DNA from: Alkaliphilus metalliredigens QYMF
Lineage (GTDB): Bacteria > Bacillota > Clostridia > Peptostreptococcales > Natronincolaceae
DNA length: 64,000 nt
Direction: 5' to 3'
NCBI RefSeq assembly: GCF_000016985.1
Contig: NC_009633.1
Location: 2,211,539 to 2,275,538 of the forward strand
The notes beneath the pieces are model-generated. The model had not been told where the DNA came from and did no database searches. It saw only the letters and a program-made list of their open reading frames with translations. Made by a program: the position numbers and the translations under genes. Shown one piece after another: positions 6,652-15,174 of this stretch (its first letter is position 1; each line of letters begins with the position of its first letter).

Positions 6652-9214
6652 TGAATTAAATCTGCGTTCAACTTATTCAACTTATGAAAATGATATTGGA
6701 GCTGAGTTTTATGTACCAGTCTTGAGCAAATGTACGCACTATGATAGAGCATCTGCTTATTTTTCCGCAAAAGCCTTAGCAAATTATGCTAAAGGACTTG
6801 AGTTGTTTGCAAGCAACGGGCATAAATTTAGACTTATTGTATCTTCTGAAATTGGAGAAGATGATTATAATGAAATAATTCATGGATATCAATTAAGAGA
6901 AAAACTAAAAAATGATATGTTAGGTAGGTTGAATGAGCAGTTGTCAGCTGAAGAAGAAGCTAATATTTCAAATTTAGCGTATTTAATATCAATAGGTACA
7001 ATTGATATTAAAATGGCTTTTACTAAAAAAGGAATTTTTCATGATAAGTTCGGAATCATGAAAGATTTTGCTGGGAATATTATATGTTTCAGAGGATCAA
7101 ATAATGAAACTGATGCCGCGTTTCATGCAAATTATGAAGCGTTCGATATCACATGCAGTTGGTTAGCTTCCGCATTTGATTATTCTAAAATTACGAAAAG
7201 TATTGAATCTTTTAACAATTTATGGGAAAACCGAGCTAACGATGTTTATGTCTGCGATGTAGATGAAGTGGTTTATAAGAGAATTTTAGAATTTAGTAAA
7301 GGAGAGATTATTTTCGAACCTGTATTGCTAAAGGAGAATTGTTTGATACTAGATCATAAAAATAATTACTTGGAGTTAAATATCAAGATTGATCCTTCGA
7401 TTATATGGAATAATCAGATATATAAATTAAGATTAAAAAGATATATTGATTCAGAGTTAAGCAAACACGGAAGAATTGTTTTCAAGAAACAGCTTACTTA
7501 TCCCATCTACAAAAAAATTATCAATATTTTACAAGTTGATGCTCAAAAAAGAGGATATGCTTTTTATGTAACAAATAGACTACATACTTATATTAAAGAT
7601 CGTGAACTGAATATAAAAGAGCGGGCAAATGTCGGACTAGCAATAAAGCAACAGGCACCTGATATATGCGAAAGATTTAACAAATACAAGAACATTGTTG
7701 ATAATGAAATGGTAAGAAAACTTAGAGAAAAACAAGTATGGGATTCGTTTTATATGTGTATCATGAGAAAAGCTGCGAATTTTTCAGTACCTGGATCAGG
7801 AAAAACATCTTCTGTTTTGGGGGTTTATGCTTATTTAAATCAGCAAAAATTGGTAGACAAAATTATTATGGTTGGTCCAAAAAATTCTTTTGGATCATGG
7901 GTTGATGAATTCAGCCTTTGTTTTGAATCTAGGAAACATTTAAAACTTTTTAATGTCCAAGAATATAAGTTATTAGAACAAAAAAAAAATGCACTATTAT
8001 ATGATACAAAAGATAAAAATTTACTTCTCTTTAACTATGAAAGTCTAAACTCAATAATGGGTGAAATTAAACGAATTGTTGATAAAAGAACATTGCTAGT
8101 ATTTGATGAAGTCCATAAAGTAAAAGCAATTGACGGATTAAGAGCAGAGCATGCATTAGAAATATCAAAATTGTCTTATTATACAATTGCAATGACGGGT
8201 ACTCCTATACCTAATTCATATGCGGACATAAAAAACTTATTGGAAATATTGTATCATGATGAGTACGATGAGTATTTTGGTTTTTCAGAGGAACAATTAA
8301 AGAATCCAACTGATGTTGATATTGTTGAAATTAATAATAGGATTCAACCTTTTTTTTGTCGAACAACAAAAGGACAATTAGCTGTGCCAAATGCCAATGA
8401 TGATATCATAATCACCACTGTAGCTAGTGAATATGAGAATAGAATATTTCACATTTTATTATTAAAATATGCGAAGAATAAACTAACATTAATTATCAGG
8501 TTATTACAATTAGAATCAAATCCCCAAATGTTATTAAGATCATTAGAGGATAATGGAGAAGATTATTCAGATATTCTTGATACGTATGGCGATATTGATG
8601 ATATTGATTTTAAAGATTATTCTTCTGAAATAGTTACACTAATTAATTCAATAGAAAAAACTCGGAAATTTAATGCTTGCATTGAACAGACTTTAAAACT
8701 TAATTTTCAAAATGAACCGGTTATAATTTGGTGTATTTTTATTGACTCAATACTCAAGTTATCATCAGAACTTCAATCAAAAGGACTTAGAGTTGGGAGT
8801 ATTTATGGTTCAATTGAACCTAAAGAGAGAGAGTTGATTTTAAAATTATTTAAGGAAAAAAAACTTGACGTATTGATTACGAATCCGCATACACTTGCAG
8901 AATCTGTATCATTACACTCTGCTTGCCATAATGCTATATACTATGAATATAGTTATAATCTTGTTCATTTATTGCAATCAAAAGATAGAATTCATCGACT
9001 TGGATTGCCAGATAATCAGTATACACAATATTATTATTTGCAGAACGAGTTTCTAACCAGAGATAATGAAGTATTCTCTTTAGATAAAAAAATTTATGAA
9101 CGATTACATGAAAAAGAAAGAATTATGTTACAGGCGATTGAAAATAACAAGTTAGAACAGTTAAATTCAGTTGAAGAAGATATTGAACTGATTTTCAAAG
9201 ATTTAAATGTTTGA
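6644..9214 (+). CDS. PLD-family (HKD) nuclease fused to an SNF2-like SF2 helicase; third gene of the candidate defence cassette
   Basis: N-terminal 'FHDKFGIMKD' is HKD-like. Walker A 'VPGSGKTSSV', motif II 'LLVFDEVHKV' (DEVH), motif III 'MTGTPIPN', motif VI 'QSKDRIHRLG' (SNF2-type Q..DR.HR.G). The start overlaps the previous gene by 8 nt. Confidence 0.8.
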   Translation: MFSELNLRSTYSTYENDIGAEFYVPVLSKCTHYDRASAYFSAKALANYAKGLELFASNGHKFRLIVSSEIGEDDYNEIIHGYQLREKLKNDMLGRLNEQLSAEEEANISNLAYLISIGTIDIKMAFTKKGIFHDKFGIMKDFAGNIICFRGSNNETDAAFHANYEAFDITCSWLASAFDYSKITKSIESFNNLWENRANDVYVCDVDEVVYKRILEFSKGEIIFEPVLLKENCLILDHKNNYLELNIKIDPSIIWNNQIYKLRLKRYIDSELSKHGRIVFKKQLTYPIYKKIINILQVDAQKRGYAFYVTNRLHTYIKDRELNIKERANVGLAIKQQAPDICERFNKYKNIVDNEMVRKLREKQVWDSFYMCIMRKAANFSVPGSGKTSSVLGVYAYLNQQKLVDKIIMVGPKNSFGSWVDEFSLCFESRKHLKLFNVQEYKLLEQKKNALLYDTKDKNLLLFNYESLNSIMGEIKRIVDKRTLLVFDEVHKVKAIDGLRAEHALEISKLSYYTIAMTGTPIPNSYADIKNLLEILYHDEYDEYFGFSEEQLKNPTDVDIVEINNRIQPFFCRTTKGQLAVPNANDDIIITTVASEYENRIFHILLLKYAKNKLTLIIRLLQLESNPQMLLRSLEDNGEDYSDILDTYGDIDDIDFKDYSSEIVTLINSIEKTRKFNACIEQTLKLNFQNEPVIIWCIFIDSILKLSSELQSKGLRVGSIYGSIEPKERELILKLFKEKKLDVLITNPHTLAESVSLHSACHNAIYYEYSYNLVHLLQSKDRIHRLGLPDNQYTQYYYLQNEFLTRDNEVFSLDKKIYERLHEKERIMLQAIENNKLEQLNSVEEDIELIFKDLNV
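7980..7989 (+). repeat. A10 homopolymeric tract inside the PLD-helicase coding region
   Basis: caa aaa aaa aat encodes QKKN at 7978-7989. Longest coding homopolymer seen in the cassette. Confidence 0.9.
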
Positions 9215-9514
9215 TATCATTATAGCAATTTCAAACAATTATTTGGTTATGTGTTTAATTAAGTATTAATTATTTAATTGCGTTGAATAAAGCTTTCAAA
9301 TATGGCACAATTATTTGGAAGTTTTATTGCCCACAAATCTTACTTGTCATAAAGTTATAGAAGGATAAAAGTTTTTGATAAATATCCTTATATGGTTTGA
9401 AAAGCAAGAAAGAAAAGTCAAACAGAAATGTATCATATTATGCTGAGAAGTATATTAGAAAAATTAAGTAATACTTATGGCAAACAACGTCCCCTTGGTT
9501 AATTTGGTGATAGG

Positions 9515-9556
9515 CTACCCCAGATCTAAGTCTTTAAAGACCTGGATCTGGGGTAG
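9515..9556. terminator. Long near-perfect hairpin between convergent genes (bidirectional terminator)
   Basis: ctaccccagatctaagtctttaaagacctggatctggggtag. A 12-bp outer stem plus an inner palindrome agtctttaaagact. It sits between the stop of the + gene (9214) and the stop of the - gene (9569). Confidence 0.6.
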
Positions 9557-9568
9557 TAGTCTAAGCTA

Positions 9569-11899
9569 TTAATAAATCCGTGTCATCAGTAATCTTTGCA
9601 GCATCTTACTTAATTCGGGATCCAGGGAGCCATACTGATCATCAAAATCCTTCACCTCCTGGAATGTATCAACCGTGATGCTGGGTTCAATGATCTCTAG
9701 GCATAATTTTAACAGGGCCTGATGGGGGGGGGGATTGCCATTGCCTATATACTCAATAGCCTCTAGGGGACTTCGTAATAGGAGATTATTACGGAGATTT
9801 GCATCCATGGAAGCATAATTTTCCCCATAGGAATTCAGGGCATCCACCCATGCTTCCTTCATTAAGTCATTGCTATTTTTATCCCTAGGAGTGAGATCTG
9901 TAAAATCATTATTGATGATCCTTAATGCTGCCTCTAGATCACTATGGGGATGATCTATTGTCAACAACTCATCAAGGGATTCCCTGTAGTTCCCGTGGTG
10001 GGCCTGAATTCTCACTCGATAGCTTTGCTGCCAGGAATTTAAATCATAGTTCGTCTCAATAAATCCTAAAACTTCAAGGGTTTTTTCATAGTCCTGTAGA
10101 TTGCTATAGGAAATATCTGCAATACGATCTAAAGAGGAAGGATTTTCTGTAAGGGCATAGAGCCTTTCATAGTAGTCCAAGGCTTTGTTGAAATCTGCAT
10201 GGGGATAGGAAAACTCTTGGATGTTAAATGATATCCCATATAATTTCCCCAGCATAGCCAGAGCATAAGCATCCTCTGGGTCATAGGATAAATCTTCCTC
10301 GTAGGCATCTATTGCTCCCTGGTAATCCCTTGCTAGTATAAGCTCATCTCCATTTCTAAGGTCTCTTTCTTCAAAATGAAAATCCGTGTTTTGACTCCTT
10401 AGATAGCCTCTGGTGGAGGTTAATATGCTACCATTCTTATCATGGGCCCTTACTCCCCAAAAATATTTTCCACCGGGCTGGGCGAACCCAAACAAGGAGC
10501 TTGGGGTAGGACCCTCTGAATCATAGGACATCCCTGTTTGAGTATAGGTCAGTTCCTCAAGGGAAAGGATCGCTTCATTATTGTGGAACTTCTTGTCCGA
10601 ATAGATTGTTGAAATCCAGCCTGATCCATCGGAGGAATAGCTACCCATCTCCAGGGTATAATAGGCTGCCCCCTCAAAGGGCTCCCATTTAAAATGAACT
10701 TGATCACCGATTATTTTTTCGTTATCTACTGGAGAAGTGGCCCTTAGGGTGTCAACCAAATTAAAGTCCCAGTGATAGTTTTGATTTTCATCGATATATA
10801 TTGTGGACTCTGGAAAAAAGCCGCCCTCCAAAATCACATCTCCCACCTCATCTAAATCCAGAATAAAACCCAGACTATATCTTCCTGGAGGAAGCTTACC
10901 AAAGGAAAAGTTCCCACTACTGTCGGTTATAGACCAAATAGAATCCTCATAATGGCCTCCAAATATCACTCCCCTAGAGGGATCATTCTGTTCCTGAAGG
11001 AAAAACTGTATGGAAGCTAGGGCAGAATCCATAAGGGTTAAGGATCCTGTGATTTTTCCATACTGTAAGGGCTTATCCCCTAGGGAGGCAATTCTTCTAA
11101 GGATGACTTCCCGCTGGTTATCATAATAGCTTCTTTCTGAAATTGCGTCATTGCCTTCCTGCTGTGCAAACTCCGCTTCCCTTTGCCTGCCTTCCTCAAT
11201 GAGATCCAATAGCTTAAGGTAGTATTCCTCAGCCTGTTCTTGATTTCCTAAAAGAGCGTGGAGCTCTGCCATGGATTGGTATAGACGTTGATCGAATGAA
11301 TAATCCCTTTCCTCCAGGAGATAATTTGAAAACCTTAAGGCCTCATTATAGAGTCCCTGGCTCTTCAAAATCTGAGTAGCGCCTAGGGCTACGGAGGAAT
11401 CATAGTAGTTTGTTCTGGGGATGGCATTTATGGTTTCGTAGTGACTTACCATGATTTCAAAGGCCTCATCCACTCTCCCCTTAGACAGTAAATTTCTAAT
11501 ATTTTGTTTAGAGAGCTGGGTTTGTGCGCTTCGACCCTGCCAGGTTTGGGGGAATCTCTCCACCAATTTTTCGTAATATTCTTGGCTTTCCTTAGATAGT
11601 TCAACAGTCATACCCTGAACGCTCCCTGTGCCGGCGGAGGAAATCATTAGGAGGCTATTGGTGTCGGATATTTCAGCGAGCCTTTCCAATGCGGTGGCAG
11701 TTTCGGCACGATTTGGAAAGAAACGATCTAGACGATCATAATAGATTTTGGCTGCCATAGGCTCTCCATTTTGGTTATATCGTTCCCCCATATACAGGAT
11801 GATAGAGGGAATGAAGGTATAGGTTAGGAGTAAAAGGGCAAGGGAAATACCGATTCCAGCCAATACATGTTTAACTTTAATACGAATGATTTTTTTCAT
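9569..11899 (-). CDS. TPR-repeat protein with N-terminal transmembrane anchor (last gene of the ECF sigma operon)
   Basis: N-terminal hydrophobic segment LAGIGISLALLLLTYTFI. Multiple TPR-like helices (AYALAMLGKLY..., ALDYYERLYAL...). Same strand and directly downstream of the anti-sigma gene. Confidence 0.7.
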   Translation of the reverse strand: MKKIIRIKVKHVLAGIGISLALLLLTYTFIPSIILYMGERYNQNGEPMAAKIYYDRLDRFFPNRAETATALERLAEISDTNSLLMISSAGTGSVQGMTVELSKESQEYYEKLVERFPQTWQGRSAQTQLSKQNIRNLLSKGRVDEAFEIMVSHYETINAIPRTNYYDSSVALGATQILKSQGLYNEALRFSNYLLEERDYSFDQRLYQSMAELHALLGNQEQAEEYYLKLLDLIEEGRQREAEFAQQEGNDAISERSYYDNQREVILRRIASLGDKPLQYGKITGSLTLMDSALASIQFFLQEQNDPSRGVIFGGHYEDSIWSITDSSGNFSFGKLPPGRYSLGFILDLDEVGDVILEGGFFPESTIYIDENQNYHWDFNLVDTLRATSPVDNEKIIGDQVHFKWEPFEGAAYYTLEMGSYSSDGSGWISTIYSDKKFHNNEAILSLEELTYTQTGMSYDSEGPTPSSLFGFAQPGGKYFWGVRAHDKNGSILTSTRGYLRSQNTDFHFEERDLRNGDELILARDYQGAIDAYEEDLSYDPEDAYALAMLGKLYGISFNIQEFSYPHADFNKALDYYERLYALTENPSSLDRIADISYSNLQDYEKTLEVLGFIETNYDLNSWQQSYRVRIQAHHGNYRESLDELLTIDHPHSDLEAALRIINNDFTDLTPRDKNSNDLMKEAWVDALNSYGENYASMDANLRNNLLLRSPLEAIEYIGNGNPPPHQALLKLCLEIIEPSITVDTFQEVKDFDDQYGSLDPELSKMLQRLLMTRIY
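9724..9733 (-). repeat. G10/C10 homopolymer inside the TPR gene (encodes PPPH)
   Basis: gatggggggggggatt on + strand. The coding strand has CCC CCC CCC C. Unusual in a ~30-35% GC genome. Confidence 0.9.
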
Positions 11900-11970
11900 A
11901 GTATGACCTCCCAGTAATTTAGACTTGATTCCATAGGGCTAATATACTCCCATGAATTTAGGATTTTATA

Positions 11971-12312
11971 CTAGCGATAGGAATCGCTGGTATAAATGCT
12001 TCCGTTGGTGTTCTTCAGTTCTAAGATTTCATACTTTGGATGGGAGATTTCCCCGGGCAAAATAAAACTGTTCAAGGATACCGTAAGCAAAATGATAAAG
12101 CTAAGGGCAAGGACCGGAATCGTGGCAAGGGGAATACGGATTTCCCGCTCTAAAAAGGTCTCCATTCTAGATGGCGGTTGTTGTCCCTTGGGGAGAGCTA
12201 AAAGCTGATCCTTGAAAGAAGTACTTAATTCCAGGGGATCTAAGCCCTCATTAAAAAGGGTGGTAATTTCATGCTCCAACTGTTTATCTGTATAATTTTT
12301 ATTTTCCTTCAT
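11971..12312 (-). CDS. Putative anti-sigma factor (single-pass membrane protein)
   Basis: 113 aa with a central TM helix (LATIPVLALSFIILLTV). Its start abuts the ECF sigma stop (12312/12313). Confidence 0.55.
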   Translation of the reverse strand: MKENKNYTDKQLEHEITTLFNEGLDPLELSTSFKDQLLALPKGQQPPSRMETFLEREIRIPLATIPVLALSFIILLTVSLNSFILPGEISHPKYEILELKNTNGSIYTSDSYR

Positions 12313-12816
12313 CTAATCCGCCTCCCTTTCTAAAAGTAGTTTTTTCATATGCTCCCTACCCCTCTGGAGTCTAGACTTTATACCGGACTCACTGATATCC
12401 AATATTTCAGCGATTTCTTTGACTTTAGAATCTTGATAATAGTAAAGATAAAGAACCTCACGATATTTTATGGGAAGGGAGAGTAGTAGTTCCCTAATTT
12501 CCCTTTGTCTCTCTGTTATTTCCAAGGCCTCCTCCGGAAGTGGGGAGGAATCCTTAAGGATTATCTTCGATGTAGTAAAAATATTTTTTATTTTCCTTCG
12601 TCTGAGGATATTTTTTGAATTGTTTATGGCAACCCTGGTTAGCCAGGTGGTAACAGCGCTATCACCCCTGAACTTATCCATATTCCTATAGAGGGCTAGA
12701 AAGCTTTCCTGAACAACGTCCTCAGACATTTGGGAATCTCCTATGATCATAAAGGCCAGTCGAAAAAGCTTATCCCCATAGCCTTCAACCAATTCCCGGT
12801 ATTCTTTATCATGCAA
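12313..12816 (-). CDS. RNA polymerase ECF-type sigma-70 factor
   Basis: Region 2 'VQESFLALYRNMDKFRGDSAVTTWLTRVAINN'. Region 4 'REVLYLYYYQDSKVKEIAEILDISESGIKSRLQRGR'. 167 aa. Confidence 0.9.
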   Translation of the reverse strand: MHDKEYRELVEGYGDKLFRLAFMIIGDSQMSEDVVQESFLALYRNMDKFRGDSAVTTWLTRVAINNSKNILRRRKIKNIFTTSKIILKDSSPLPEEALEITERQREIRELLLSLPIKYREVLYLYYYQDSKVKEIAEILDISESGIKSRLQRGREHMKKLLLEREAD

Positions 12817-13151
12817 TCTATCTCACCCTCCCTCTTCAACCTATTAGACACATAACTCAGATTATGGTCTCAAAAATTATAAATTTCATATGAATAAATT
12901 TATTATAGCATAAAAGGAACCAAGTGAAGGAAGCCACAACTAAGGGGACGGCTCATCAGTGATGAAAAAAAGAAAGCCAACAGCTTTGTCTTTTTATTTT
13001 GCCTGTACTTTCACCTAGAAACATATTAATATGTAAAATGAGAAGGGATTTTGCATACTTTCAAGGAATATTTAGATAAATGAAGTCCTTTTGCATATTA
13101 ACCAGGACAGAGTAAAAATCATTAGAAAAAAAGCTGTTGGAGGTTCATCCA

Positions 13152-14546
13152 ATGAAATTATTTGAGATTGTACCAGATAAATTTTTTAGTATTCTTTCAT
13201 CGAAAAATAAAGAAATCTATAGTGATTGTTTGTTTATACTATTTAACCAATATACAGGAAACACATCCTTTGGTATAGATAGAGAAATTGTGGTGCATGT
13301 TTTGACAGATTATTTTGAGGAGCTGGGGGAAGTAGAGCTCTTTCAGGATGAGGATGTGACTGTGAAATCTGCTCGAGAAGAGGCTAACTTCATCATTAGA
13401 AAGCTTGATGAGTGTGGGTGGATAGATATTGAGACCACCACCAGCTATAAGCAAATCATTAACCTGACGGATTATACTGTTATGATGCTTGAAACATTAG
13501 AAAAGATTGTTAAGAATGAACAACTTGAGTACCAGGGCTATGTCTATACCATTTATTCTATATTATTTGGCAACGACAATGATCAGTATAATGTGATCCT
13601 GGATCAGGTTCATGAAAATACCATGAAGCTGATGAATGGGCTTAAAACCTTAAACGCCAACATCAAAAAATACATTGGTAGAATCACAGAGCAAAAAACC
13701 TCTGAGGAGATTATGAAGCTTCATTTTGAAGGCTATACCCAGGATATTATTGATAAAGGGTACCATCGATTGAAGACCTCGGATAATGTGAGTAAGTTTA
13801 GGCCTAAAATTCTTGAAAAGCTTGAAATTATTAAGCGAGACAAGGCCTATTTAGAGCGGGCCAGTCAACAAGAGGTTGACATCGAAAAGGCAGAGAGTCT
13901 AGAGGCTGCCAAGGAAAAAATAATGGGTCAATTGAATGGCATTATCTATGTTTTTGAAAATATGGATGAAACCATTGGTGAGATTGACAGGAAAAACACC
14001 CAATATATTAGGGCCTCCTTAACCAGGGTGAAGTATCTTTTAAATAGTTCCAAGGATATAGAGGGACAGATAAACGAAATCCTTAAATATGTGGTGGAGC
14101 GGATTGAAAGTGGTGAGATTGACCTAAAAAATGATCGCATCGATGAAATCGACAGCCTTTTTCGGTTTTATCCCCAGAGCTTCATAGACAATAAATCCCT
14201 GTACATAGCCACAGAAGGGAAAAAGGATTTTCAGTCACAAAAGCTGGATGAAGATCAAGTCATGAGACAAGAGGAAAGAGAAAGACGAATTAACGAAATT
14301 AAGGAAAAGAAGAAAAAGAGCTTAAGTAGAGGTAACATTGACACATATGTATTAGAGATGTTAGGGGATAGAGCGGTGATGAAGGCATCTAATTTACCCT
14401 TGGAAAATAAGCTGGATTTCATTAAGCTAATTTATGTATTAGTGTATGCTAAAAGTCGATTGGTTCATTATAAAGTGAATAAATTAGAGGAATCTATTGA
14501 AATAAAGGGATTTAAGTTCAATGACTTTGAAGTTTGGAGGAAATGA
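13152..14546 (+). CDS. jetA: Wadjet JetA (MksF-like kleisin-like subunit)
   Basis: ~465 aa, first of four co-directional overlapping genes with the JetA-B-C-D size pattern. RBS GGAGGT 7 nt before ATG 13152. The track start TTG 13137 lacks an RBS. Confidence 0.7.
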   Translation: MKLFEIVPDKFFSILSSKNKEIYSDCLFILFNQYTGNTSFGIDREIVVHVLTDYFEELGEVELFQDEDVTVKSAREEANFIIRKLDECGWIDIETTTSYKQIINLTDYTVMMLETLEKIVKNEQLEYQGYVYTIYSILFGNDNDQYNVILDQVHENTMKLMNGLKTLNANIKKYIGRITEQKTSEEIMKLHFEGYTQDIIDKGYHRLKTSDNVSKFRPKILEKLEIIKRDKAYLERASQQEVDIEKAESLEAAKEKIMGQLNGIIYVFENMDETIGEIDRKNTQYIRASLTRVKYLLNSSKDIEGQINEILKYVVERIESGEIDLKNDRIDEIDSLFRFYPQSFIDNKSLYIATEGKKDFQSQKLDEDQVMRQEERERRINEIKEKKKKSLSRGNIDTYVLEMLGDRAVMKASNLPLENKLDFIKLIYVLVYAKSRLVHYKVNKLEESIEIKGFKFNDFEVWRK

Positions 14547-14547
14547 A

Positions 14548-15174
14548 ATGGGTATGACAGAGAAGTACAATCACTTAAATAGTAAGCAAAAGGATGAATT
14601 TGCTAGAATTGCAAACAAGCTATTATCCATTGGTTTTTTAACCAAGAAGAAGGAAGATAATAAAAAAGATTATTATTTTATTGAAAATCATAAGGAGATC
14701 TTCGCCAACTATTTTGAAATATCCGGTTGGGAGCTGGAGATTGATGATACATATGGTGTGATTCATCTTGTGAATCACCATGATCAAAATAGGCACCATT
14801 TTAAGCTTTATGAAAGTATCATTTTGCTGGTATTGAGACTGTTATATTATGAAAAAATGCAGGAGCTGTCCTTGGCTGAAAATATGGTCATCACAGTGGA
14901 TGATCTTCACCAAAGATTTTTTGCCCTTAAGCTGAGGGACAAGCCATTGGACAAGACCACCCTCAGAAGTGCCCTGCGACTTTTTCGGAAATTCAACTTG
15001 ATTGATTTAATTGATTCAGATATTAGTCTGGGAGACGCTAGAATGATTATCTACCCCACCATTTTATTGGCTGTCAGGGTCGAGGATATTCGAAAGGTAT
15101 ATGAAAAACTAGATACCTATAGAAGTGGGGAGGTGGTAGAGGATGAAGAAGCTGACGAAGATCAAGTTGATTAA
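14548..15174 (+). CDS. jetB: Wadjet JetB (MksE-like)
   Basis: ~208 aa acidic protein between jetA and jetC. The start overlaps the jetA stop (TGAaATG). Confidence 0.7.
   Translation: MGMTEKYNHLNSKQKDEFARIANKLLSIGFLTKKKEDNKKDYYFIENHKEIFANYFEISGWELEIDDTYGVIHLVNHHDQNRHHFKLYESIILLVLRLLYYEKMQELSLAENMVITVDDLHQRFFALKLRDKPLDKTTLRSALRLFRKFNLIDLIDSDISLGDARMIIYPTILLAVRVEDIRKVYEKLDTYRSGEVVEDEEADEDQVD

Noticed and set aside
12817-13136. ECF-type autoregulatory promoter (AAC...CGT) upstream of the sigma gene
   Set aside because: I could not find a convincing GAAAC-N16-CGTC-like motif by eye on the minus strand. Left unannotated.
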